Source: Phoronis australis
Lineage: Eukaryota > Animalia > Phoronida
Reading direction: 5' to 3'
DNA: 64,000 nt
NCBI GenBank assembly: GCA_002633005.1
Contig: NMRA01000279.1
Coordinates: forward strand, 402,422-466,421
Below the pieces are notes generated by a model. The model was not told the DNA's origin. It made no database searches and saw only the letters and a list, made by a program, of their open reading frames with translations. The translations under genes were made by a program, and so were the position numbers. Positions 54,601 to 60,870 of the stretch are shown here, piece by piece (position 1 is the first letter of the stretch; each line of letters begins with the position of its first letter).

Positions 54601-57600
54601 TTAGACATCTATATTCCGAGTTGCTATGTGTATCTCTGCTTACCTTGCCGAAGACAATATGGCGATTGGCCTAATGGAAAGAACAGACTGTCCGACGGGC
54701 AGCGACAGGAAGGCTTCATACCTAAGACAGTATAGCCAAAGGATTCCTCTTTGATAGACACATCTTGACATACCACTTCTTTCGCGCGACAGACGCTGCT
54801 TGTTCCGCAGCGACACTCCATGCGGTAGCCCGAATTCTCATTTCCGAAAAAGGAGTAAGTTGTACTGACGTTCGTGCACACAGCATTTGTGACTTCATAC
54901 CTTTGACTACAATCATCATCCACGCTGCAGTGAGATGTTAGTATAAACGCAGAATTGGCTGTAAAAAACATCACAATATTTGGATCAACTGGGAAGTTTT
55001 ACCAAGAAAAGATTTGTTACCGTTGGGTACCCAATTTGTACATTCCAGTTTCAAGTGCTCTGAATAGACGTCACACCTAACTTTTCAAAACGACATCTTA
55101 CAGTCACTTCTGAGTGATTAACATTCATACTAAGAATAAGCCAGCTCGTATGGTTTCGTTTATGATTTTTCTCAGTCCCAGTTTATTTTAGATAACAGAG
55201 GTAGGCTAACTGATTATTATCTCGAAATTCACTTGTTTTCGCAAGAAAAGCAAGGGCCTTCCAATAGAAATGCCATAACTCAGGTAAAACATGTGGGTCC
55301 TTAAAACACGAACGCCCCCCGTGTTGCTTTTGCTCTCAATCTATTCAGATGTCTAAAAAGAAAAATACTTCTTTAGTGAACATCGAGTCACAAATTTCAT
55401 GTACACTGGAGCCCGTTTCAATTATCTTTTAAATTTAAGTTTCTCGATATTTTGAGATTTAAGGATAGGATTTCAATTAATGTCGCGACATAACATGATA
55501 ACGCAGGGTATCCGGCTGACAGCGTTTGTAAGTAGTCCTGCACACTTTTCGTTTCATTTCTCTCCCTTCGTGAGTCCCTGCGGATGGGCATGAGCTGTCT
55601 TGCAACATCTCTTGTGGCGCTTCTTATTGCCCATCTTACCAGAGATTACCTATTATACGTTATTTACCTGTATTCATTTTATTGTAATTATACTAGTCAT
55701 AATAAATGACCTTATTCCACAATATTAGCGTCAAATGGCAGATACAACCGTATAATAACCCATAAAGTTATCTCACTAGTGAGATAACAATTTGGCGGAA
55801 AACCGAGGACGGAGTCGAACACGGGACCTTGAAATAGCTGGTCGCCGACTTTACCACTACACCATGCAGCGACTGACGTCATCAAGAGTGAAAATAAAAT
55901 ACTTAAATGAGCACGCGCAATAATCGCATGTTCAACAAACCGCATTGTACAGTACTTGTACGCTAAAAAAAATAAATAATATCTTAATTCAGTGAAAAAT
56001 TTCTCTCATGTCCTCTTACTTGTAAATCGTCGATCTACAGTTTGAATACGGGTATCGTGTTGTCAGGATCTTTGACTTAAGAATTATATTCAGTTACCAG
56101 TGGTAACCTACTTTAGCAGACGATAATTTCCCGGTCGAAGCTTAGCGTGAAAAAACGTGTTTTAAGCTATAATAGTTGGTAAACCTTAATTTATAAATTC
56201 AATTTATTTCTATTATATTTAAGTTTTCAATTGGTTTTGAGTAAAAGCATTATTTGACAAAAATAGCCCGGCTTTTCTTAAAAGGTCAGGACCTCCGACC
56301 CCGGGCCTCTGACAAAGAAAGTAGTTACAAAGCCGTGGAGAGTCAGAAAAGGTAAATCGATTCATTGCAATGTTTCTCGTTTAGTATGTGGTATAATGAG
56401 ATTGATGGCACTCTGACATAAATCCTATTATTTGGGCAAATAACATTAGACAGCCCTTCATGCTTCATATCCAACTCCTAGTTAGTTCCTACCAAGTCCG
56501 ATGGTAGCGCTATTTGTTCTTTCTCTCCAGCTTCCTGTTGGCCCAGCCACAAGAAACAGTACGTTCACTCGTAAGTTTTCCTAATTAGCCAATTTTATAC
56601 TTCTCCCACCCTCCCTACCCTGGGTACCACGACATCTCCACTCAACCGATTCATACCTTTCCCACACCCCCCCTTTTGTCGAACAAAATCTGCTGTTGGT
56701 TATTGTTGTTTTTGCAGTCCCTGCTGGTAGCTTCTTCAGGCCTAGAGCGTGATACCGTCCGGCAAGAACCGACGTCATTGGCTAACGACCCGACCTGTAC
56801 TCGAGCATCCATCACTGCAGCTTGCTTCTCTCCACCCCGGTCACAGCTCTCGGCACATACTGAGCCACAACACCACGTTCCTTACAATATCTCTTTTTAT
56901 CACTCCGGCTGGTCTGCTCACTCAGCTTGTCCGGAACCCTGCTTTGCAGGTTGTTATAGCCCAGTTGGCTGTTTAGTGTACCCACTTGGTACTTTATATG
57001 ATATTTGGCCATTTGGCAGTTTGTACCCGCTTGGTACTTGTTATTGAATTTGCCGTTTTGCTCGACCCAGTTGGTAGGCAATCGGCCAATACCCATTTGG
57101 TATTATGTACCCATTTGGTACTATTGCTAACCTGTGCCACTCAGCATCCGATACTCAATTGTACTTTGGGTATCGGAAATGTGTGTGTTATCTCTTGTAA
57201 TTAAGGAACCCATCTGGTTCCTTCTGTGAAATATTTATTTGTAGAGCTGTGACCCTGAAATTCCCAATACAACTTAAAATATACATTATTCTTGTTGTTT
57301 TATTTGTCCCCAATAAATAGATTATTACATGTTCTCAGCCGTTATCCCCCTTATCTAAAACCCTCGTGGATTTTGTAGAATTATCACCCTCGGGGCTAAC
57401 GCCCCTCGGGCGACAATTCTCCAAAATCCACTCGGGCTCCAGATAACGGGGGATAACGACTTCGCCACGTAATAATCTATATTTATATCGCTTACTTCGG
57501 TCTCCTTTTCATCTCTGGTAACGAGATTGCGACGCACGTACCATTTATCTATTATTCGGGACATATGTCGATCATAAAAAACAGTATGTGCAATGAAATA

Positions 57601-59709
57601 ATAATAACAGTAACAATAATAATAATAAAAATAATCAGCAACAATAAAAATAACAATAAAAGTAAAAAGGGAACCTTCCACACTATTTTTGAACTTCGGA
57701 AAGCTTCGGACAGCTAACACTCTTGAACAAGAGATCAAAATTGACATCCGAAGTTAATTACGCCTAACTTCGCAAGATAAACTGGGGTTCCTGAATACTT
57801 TCGTTTTCGTCTTATTTGTCTTGGTGTTACCTGCCTGCGTTTACTAGAAAATGTCTAAAGAAAACATTTAGGCAAACTTTCACAGTAATGTTTAGTAGCC
57901 GCGTGCTTGAAGCACATACATGTACAATAAACAAACAATGTGGCCGATTTAACCGGTGTGTTACTCTTACTGTATGACTACAGGACAGCAACGTAAACAA
58001 AAGTCAGCGACAGTAGAAAGACGCAATCCGAAAAGGCGCAACCACAATTTTCAGGTATTCACATTTCTTGAACATGAATTAAGCACCGTTTTGTCTGTAC
58101 GACAGACCACATTAATTTACACTTCCCCATCAGTTATGCCAGTTTGTTTGCGTAAAGCGCTACCTGTTGAGAATTCGACCAGCCAATCAGAAACACCGGA
58201 TTAAAAAAAATTACCGAGGAAAATTAAATGCAACCTGCGTGTGTTCTCTACCACCTATCGACACGCAGGGAACTAATGAGCTTTTTCAACACAGGTTTTC
58301 ACAACCAATAGTTCAGTGAAAAATGCAAAATCTTTACGTCTTACTTTGCGGCCGATGCCGGGAAATTGCGTGTAACGTAAATGCGAGTACGTACTATTGT
58401 AAAAATAAGCTACCGCAGCAGCAAACAATCTACCGTACCCTATCGAAAAACTAACATGAAAACTCAAATAGAACTTAGAGACGAACCAAAAATATTTTAC
58501 TAAGCCCGCTAACAGTCTAACGTCAAGTTAACAATCAAACTACACTATAATCGAACTAAACAACTTCAGGTGTTGTTGAACAATATAACAGGTAAAGGTG
58601 GAAGTGGGTTGTATCTCTTTTTGGTTGTATGTATGGCAAGACTCTTCACAGTCTATGCATAAAATACAAGTTCACGGACAACCCCGACAGTTTTCAGCGC
58701 CAAAATATGAAACCGAATCACTGAATGCTTACATGCAGCGTAGTTAGCGATGAATGGAGTAGATACCTGAATGTGCAACTGGGATTCTTTGGTCAACTTA
58801 TTGACTGGTATCGGATTACAATATAATACGTTTAGGATGCGGAACGTGAGCATGACCCTAAACTTGGCGAGTTTTCGAAATTACGAAGGTCCATTAGTGC
58901 CAAGAAAAAATAAGTTTGAATCTCTTATTACGATTGCCGGCGTAATAATTAACTGATTGCCAATCTGTACATAACAGATTCATATTTAATTTTTTTTCTC
59001 CACTGTAGGATTTCGTGCGTCATTGAGTGTAAGATGAGAATACTTTCTACAGTTTTATCCATACAAAAATTCCAAGTCCTCTGACCGATTCGCAAAGCAT
59101 TTTCAGCATTGCATTGTTATGAAATCTGGAAATGACCATTTTCAAGGAATTCGGTCAAAAACACTGGAAAAACTAACCACGCCTGAAGTAAGCTAATTTT
59201 TACTGCTTCATAATCGAAGCATGTGACTTAGTAGGATATTAGTTTCAAGTATTTAGTATGAAGACAATTCCCAAATCACTTAGCACCTGATTAAACACCA
59301 CGAGCACACGGCTCAGTCAGGTAATGGCCTGGTACATGGCTTGTGAAGACGCCTGGTTGCGTTGAAAAGCTTTATGAAACTGTATAATTAAAAGTTCAAA
59401 TCAATGTTGATAAACCCGGTGGCGATCGATGTAATCTGATCCGCTGACAAAGGAGTTTTACGACTGACTGTGGGCACTGTGTGACGAGCGACTTATTAAC
59501 ACCAAGCAATGCCCGCGTCCGCGATCATTCGTCAAGATTGAGTTAACGCTGTAGCAACACCACATGAAAGTCACGAACAAAACAAGGAGCCACTGGTGAA
59601 TACTTTTCAGACTTATAACGCTGTTCAATTTCTGTTTCTATTTTTACTCACCGTAACAACTACGCAGTGATACCAAGATAAACGCTGACAGGAGAAAAAC
59701 ACGACCCAT
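1087..59709 (-). CDS. Multi-exon gene (~45 coding exons, ~2,700 aa): MUC4/SUSD2/Mesh-like type I membrane mucin (NIDO-AMOP-vWD-EGF-SEA-TM) with N-terminal helical repeats
   Basis: Manually chained exons have GT-AG boundaries and compatible phases from the signal-peptide exon (59652-59709) through the TM exon (2878-3054) to the tail. Summed CDS is about 8.2 kb. The frame of the last exon is uncertain. Confidence 0.8.
1754..1881 (-). CDS. Exon: cytoplasmic tail
   Basis: [21 protein letters not shown]...; two possible phase-1 donors (exon start 1754 or 1760). Confidence 0.7.
2096..2239. mobile_element. Short MITE (CAGTGGCGGA...TCCACCCCTG termini)
   Basis: Imperfect TIRs flanked by the direct repeat CAATG. 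Confidence 0.45.
2878..3054 (-). CDS. Exon: EGF end, transmembrane helix and basic stop-transfer
   Basis: [11 protein letters not shown]...[36 protein letters not shown]. Confidence 0.92.
3773..3848 (-). CDS. Exon: juxtamembrane EGF, first part
   Basis: [24 protein letters not shown]; phase 1-2. Confidence 0.85.
4212..4369 (-). CDS. Exon: SEA domain 2, part 3 with GSVVV
   Basis: [13 protein letters not shown] is the SEA autoproteolysis motif. Confidence 0.9.
4756..4817 (-). CDS. Exon: SEA domain 2, part 2
   Basis: [21 protein letters not shown]; phase 0-2. Confidence 0.85.
5155..5267 (-). CDS. Exon: SEA domain 2, part 1
   Basis: [38 protein letters not shown]. Confidence 0.85.
5543..5987 (-). 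CDS. Exon: two EGF domains plus Thr/Gln-rich mucin-like stalk
   Basis: ECAFKTANC...DIKECSPG...[17 protein letters not shown]...; phase 0-1. Confidence 0.9.
7465..7718 (-). CDS. Exon: two Ca-binding EGF domains
   Basis: DRNECATG...[12 protein letters not shown]...DVDECKT...[12 protein letters not shown]...CFGID; phase 1-0. Confidence 0.9.
8665..8919 (-). CDS. Exon: laminin/MEGF-type EGF plus Ca-binding EGF
   Basis: [17 protein letters not shown]...[17 protein letters not shown]...[16 protein letters not shown]. Confidence 0.9.
9558..9610. repeat. (TA)n microsatellite
   Basis: Direct observation. Confidence 0.95.
9864..9992 (-). CDS. Exon: Ca-binding EGF
   Basis: [43 protein letters not shown]. 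Confidence 0.9.
10345..10470 (-). CDS. Exon: EGF
   Basis: [41 protein letters not shown]. Confidence 0.9.
12325..13320 (-). mobile_element. Decayed non-LTR retrotransposon 3' fragment (CR1/L2/Daphne-like)
   Basis: [11 protein letters not shown]...L.VEVGRF...IC....[14 protein letters not shown] is the typical ORF2 C-terminal Cys/His region; (AAAT)n tail near 12325-12340. Confidence 0.7.
13431..13559 (-). CDS. Exon: EGF
   Basis: [39 protein letters not shown]; not in the ORF track. Confidence 0.9.
14211..14333 (-). CDS. Exon: Ca-binding EGF
   Basis: [41 protein letters not shown]. Confidence 0.9.
14564..15848 (+). mobile_element. DINE-1/HINE-like non-autonomous element, copy 1
   Basis: 5' AACAAGAG; subterminal ATGCGCCCAC inverted against the 3' hairpin ATGCGACCACATA-TAAA-TATGTGGGCGCAT; ~150-bp internal core repeats; GGAC-type microsatellite; ends in an A-run. 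Confidence 0.8.
15862..16029 (-). CDS. Exon: EGF-like
   Basis: [15 protein letters not shown]...CTDVP...[10 protein letters not shown]...CV. Confidence 0.9.
16251..16608. mobile_element. MITE with ~86-bp near-perfect TIRs and TA flanks
   Basis: 16251-16336 is inverted at 16523-16608; TA dinucleotide on both sides. Confidence 0.85.
17131..17306 (-). CDS. Exon: end of cadherin-like domain and EGF-like start
   Basis: [11 protein letters not shown]...SCKNDA...[10 protein letters not shown]; phase 2-1. Confidence 0.85.
17581..17800 (-). CDS. Exon: cadherin/Ig-like beta domain
   Basis: NQVPPVVTG...[15 protein letters not shown]...VEWTP; phase 1-2. Confidence 0.85.
19104..19340 (-). CDS. Exon: post-vWD C8-like segment
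   Basis: FLPLFIDEL...[24 protein letters not shown], typical of MUC4/SUSD2. Confidence 0.9.
19400..19436 (-). other. Degenerate Penelope-type minimal hammerhead-like motif
   Basis: TCC-CTTTATAA-A-GAGCG cgt CGCTC-GAAA-CGTT-GGGA: stems I and II and GAAACGUU are intact; the CUGAUGA core is altered. Confidence 0.5.
19635..19823 (-). CDS. Exon: vWD C-terminus
   Basis: [23 protein letters not shown]...FYMGQSW matches the vWD GLLGN..G...DDF motif. Confidence 0.9.
21185..21298 (-). CDS. Exon: vWD
   Basis: GVDVYVNN...SAIAGFNSG; phase 1-1. Confidence 0.85.
22346..22570 (-). CDS. Exon: vWF type D domain start with GDPH
   Basis: [25 protein letters not shown]...FQLQGRTER...[10 protein letters not shown]. 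Confidence 0.92.
23070..23292 (-). CDS. Exon: AMOP domain
   Basis: [11 protein letters not shown]...[10 protein letters not shown]...CRLFHKKRP...FLPPR; typical AMOP CCY / D..P..WCC / RP..C(G)..Y.PP. Confidence 0.9.
23624..23868 (-). CDS. Exon: NIDO end and AMOP start
   Basis: NGKWIYRLD...KCLTWAEN...CPPT...QCFFF; phase 1-0. Confidence 0.85.
24036..25419 (+). mobile_element. Internally deleted pogo/Tigger-like DNA transposon
   Basis: Imperfect ~24-bp TIRs (CCAGGGTTTCCGTAGATAAGCCC / GGGCTTATTTACGGAAAACCCCGG). Frameshifted [10 protein letters not shown]...[28 protein letters not shown] plus an acidic tail resembles the pogo transposase C-terminus (~24820-25130). Confidence 0.65.
26961..27180 (-). 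CDS. Exon: NIDO domain part 2
   Basis: [20 protein letters not shown]...VFAGY matches the NIDO TFQxVLxTDG..SFVxFNY motif. Confidence 0.9.
27455..28597 (+). mobile_element. Diverged DINE-1/HINE-like copy (a further fragment lies at ~26460-26830)
   Basis: TGAAATGCGCCCACGA start motif, GCCACTAGAGGGCAC cores, 3' CAGACAGAGATCACTGCAATATG...GTGAGCGCA. Confidence 0.65.
28651..28956 (-). CDS. Exon: NIDO domain part 1
   Basis: VKLDGLIGL...FLAPFW...[14 protein letters not shown] are NIDO hallmark motifs. Confidence 0.9.
29729..29868 (-). CDS. Exon: pre-NIDO segment
   Basis: [12 protein letters not shown]...[14 protein letters not shown]; phase 1-0. Confidence 0.8.
30172..30291 (-). CDS. Exon: EGF-like domain
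   Basis: [37 protein letters not shown]; six-Cys EGF pattern. Confidence 0.9.
31280..31431 (-). CDS. Exon: SEA-like domain 1, C-terminal half
   Basis: [15 protein letters not shown]...[24 protein letters not shown]; phase 2-1. Confidence 0.7.
31950..32115 (-). CDS. Exon: SEA-like domain 1, N-terminal half
   Basis: [25 protein letters not shown] matches the SEA-type F..L...S..Y pattern; phase 1-2. Confidence 0.75.
33062..33418 (-). CDS. Exon: unrecognised ~119-aa extracellular domain
   Basis: [18 protein letters not shown]...[28 protein letters not shown]; phase 1-1. Confidence 0.8.
33736..33762 (-). CDS. 27-bp microexon (GIRKPCAKP), phase 1-1
   Basis: ttttgcag|...CCAG|gtaaca; frame-preserving. 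Confidence 0.55.
34266..34423 (-). CDS. Exon: helical repeat 3, exon D (phase 2-1)
   Basis: [52 protein letters not shown]. Confidence 0.75.
35252..35469 (-). CDS. Exon: helical repeat 3, exon C (phase 0-2)
   Basis: [21 protein letters not shown]...[16 protein letters not shown]; 218 bp, the same length as repeat-1 exon C. Confidence 0.8.
36242..36424 (-). CDS. Exon: helical repeat 3, exon B (phase 0-0, Cys pair)
   Basis: [45 protein letters not shown]...; acceptor AAG, donor gtgag. Confidence 0.75.
36698..36825 (-). CDS. Exon: helical repeat 3, exon A (phase 1-0)
   Basis: [43 protein letters not shown]; 128 bp, the same length as repeat-1 exon A. Confidence 0.8.
37358..37500 (-). CDS. Exon: helical repeat 2, exon D (phase 2-1)
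   Basis: [47 protein letters not shown]; phases fit. Confidence 0.75.
37723..39018 (+). mobile_element. DINE-1/HINE-like element, copy 2
   Basis: Same termini and core repeats as 14564-15848. Confidence 0.8.
39782..39984 (-). CDS. Exon: helical repeat 2, exon C (phase 0-2)
   Basis: [24 protein letters not shown]...[15 protein letters not shown]; canonical splice sites. Confidence 0.8.
40342..40551 (-). CDS. Exon: helical repeat 2, exon B (phase 0-0, Cys pair)
   Basis: [31 protein letters not shown]...[30 protein letters not shown]. Confidence 0.8.
41116..41180 (-). mobile_element. tRNA-derived SINE head
   Basis: A box TGGCTTAGAGG and B box GGTTCGAATCC at tRNA-like spacing; no full cloverleaf. 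Confidence 0.6.
41664..42450 (-). mobile_element. 5'-truncated RNase H-bearing non-LTR retrotransposon with a 15-bp TSD
   Basis: RNase H motifs IVATDGSF...GWG...[10 protein letters not shown]...FATDS...W.FVP...ERADYLA; 3' tail (ACAGGTATT)x2; TSD GAACTCAATGCGGTA at 41649-41663 and 42451-42465. Confidence 0.85.
42692..42825 (-). CDS. Exon: helical repeat 2, exon A (phase 1-0)
   Basis: [45 protein letters not shown]. Confidence 0.8.
43301..43422 (-). CDS. Exon: helical repeat 1, exon D (phase 2-1)
   Basis: [40 protein letters not shown]; not in the ORF track; phases fit both neighbours. Confidence 0.75.
44725..44856 (-). pseudogene. THAP zinc-finger-like N-terminal fragment (DNA transposon remnant)
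   Basis: [33 protein letters not shown] matches THAP MP.CC...C.N...GISFF.FP; it then frameshifts. Confidence 0.5.
44913..48130 (-). mobile_element. Degenerate Ty3/Gypsy LTR retrotransposon internal region (gag-PR-RT-RNase H; no integrase or LTR pair seen)
   Basis: gag [10 protein letters not shown]; protease-like [12 protein letters not shown]; [11 protein letters not shown]...MGMPGSE...KLADDL; RNase H LWIVTDAS...WLPC.VEA.AIA...LTDSKP; many frameshifts; tRNA-Leu-like PBS TGGTGGTAGCG at 48120-48130. Confidence 0.88.
48333..48550 (-). CDS. Exon: helical repeat 1, exon C (phase 0-2)
   Basis: [22 protein letters not shown]...LQGLANL; acceptor cgcag, donor gtgag. Confidence 0.8.
51110..51316 (-). 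CDS. Exon: helical repeat 1, exon B (phase 0-0, Cys pair)
   Basis: [24 protein letters not shown]...[20 protein letters not shown]; canonical splice sites. Confidence 0.8.
51552..52555 (-). mobile_element. Related HINE-like repeat in the opposite orientation, with different termini
   Basis: Internal ~150-bp repeats with GCACCCTCTGGTGGCC (reverse of the core motif), a terminal hairpin next to a GT/G run and an ambiguous base at 51551. Confidence 0.45.
53022..53149 (-). CDS. Exon: helical repeat 1, exon A (phase 1-0)
   Basis: [29 protein letters not shown]...KDGSK; canonical splice sites. Confidence 0.8.
53531..54417 (+). mobile_element. DINE-1/HINE-like element, copy 3
   Basis: Same termini as copy 1; five core repeats. 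Confidence 0.8.
54644..54958 (-). CDS. Exon: Cys-rich extracellular module (CSVDDDC...CRCG...CRCP...YC)
   Basis: 315 bp, phase 1-1, acceptor tttttacag and donor gtaag. Confidence 0.8.
55803..55870 (-). mobile_element. tRNA-derived SINE head or tRNA pseudogene
   Basis: A box TGGTGTAGTGG and B box GTTCGACTCC; acceptor stem not intact. Confidence 0.45.
56960..57175. repeat. Degenerate short repeat cluster (TGTACCC[A/G][C/T]TTGGTA)
   Basis: Motif variants recur at about 56978, 57022, 57062, 57089 and 57106. Confidence 0.6.
57317..57480. mobile_element. ~165-bp foldback (palindromic MITE-like) element
   Basis: ATAGATTATTAC...CGTTATCCCCC...GTGGATTTTG...AGAATT pairs with AATTCT...CAAAATCCAC...GGGGGATAACG...GTAATAATCTAT. 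Confidence 0.75.
59652..59709 (-). CDS. Exon: signal peptide [19 protein letters not shown](A)
   Basis: GCCATGG start context, basic residue plus hydrophobic core plus small residues. Donor G|gtgagt is phase 1 and fits the next exon. Confidence 0.75.
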
Positions 59710-60867
59710 GGCCTGTTGTCTCATATCCAATAGGGATTCTCAAAACCAAAATCGAGCACAAGTTTCCCGCAAGTTGAGTCAGCTGTAATGTTGTCAACGT
59801 CGCCTAAAAGTTGCTGCTGTTTTCTAGATGATCGGTGAAGGTCAGTTCAGTTTTTGTCACCGGCCTAAAGTTCAGTGCAGCCGTACGTCGATCAGGTGTG
59901 CTACTTCCTCCTGACCCAGAATATTGCATTGTTCAATAGCTTTGCATTATCCCTGCATAGGCAATTGTATAGGGCATAGGACGCTTACAATAAGTCATTC
60001 ATTTCTTGCCACATTGCGAGGCGAGGAGTCGGGGTGGGTAGTTCCTCGGGCAAAACAAGAAAAAATTAGACAGCACGGCCTGCGTCTAAACAAAAAACTA
60101 GGCGACCAATCAAAATGGAATTGTGTGCAGTGATGGTTTGGAGAAATCGTCATAATCATTGGGGATGGATGGTTCTGTCAGCTCTATGAAGGTGGCCGCA
60201 ACCACCGCTGATGTGGGTAAACCAGAATCACCGAGTTACAGGACCGCGTACTGCAAGTCGCGAGATTGAAAGAGACTTGCAGGTGTTGATACATCTTGGA
60301 AGTGTATTTACCCATGCATCTTAGTTTCTGACGGAGTTGCAGTTGTCGGTTGAAATTTGTGGTTCGGAGATTTGTACAAATTGTAGCGGGTTGCGACAAT
60401 AGGCGTACTTTCACAAACGCAAAAATTGACGAAAAATACTAAACAGATTCAGCTTCAAGAGGCTGTGCGAACTGTCGCTTATACATATATGAACATATGT
60501 CTATGTTACACAATACGGAATGATTGTTTCTGTCTGTCACACAACGTGTAAAAAGACCTTTTGTAGTGAAAGGTGCGGCACATAGTACTCAAATGCGCCC
60601 AGCCTTCGGAACGTAAACTTTATCGTCCGAATTCGTGTTTGATAATGAAAAATAGTTCTTTCGTTTCTTACAATTCAGTAACGGGCGTATACCATTGTCG
60701 TACTATATTGTGCAGAGTATTTAGGACACAAAAAGCCAAGACCGGCCATGTGATGAGCAAATTCTTTTAAATCCTTCATTTTCATAGCCGTAGACAGCTA
60801 TTTCAGCCTGCAGGTGGGAACTTGTGATTCACGACAGTTGTTTTCCCTCTCTGTCTCTGTCACTCAC

Positions 60868-60870
60868 CAT
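60868..60870 (-). other. Possible upstream first exon ending in ATG|GTGAGT
   Basis: GGAAAAAATG|gtgagt is a strong donor. Splicing to the AG acceptor at 59713-59714 gives in-frame M-A-MGRVFLL. The 5' limit of the exon is unknown. Confidence 0.3.

Noticed and set aside
55021-55059. Possible 39-bp phase 1-1 exon ([13 protein letters not shown])
   Set aside because: It would leave a 62-bp intron and has a weak acceptor tract; unsupported without transcripts.
56387-57329. Solo LTR (TG...AATAAA...CA)
   Set aside because: No matching TSD, and the apparent CA end belongs to the adjacent foldback element.
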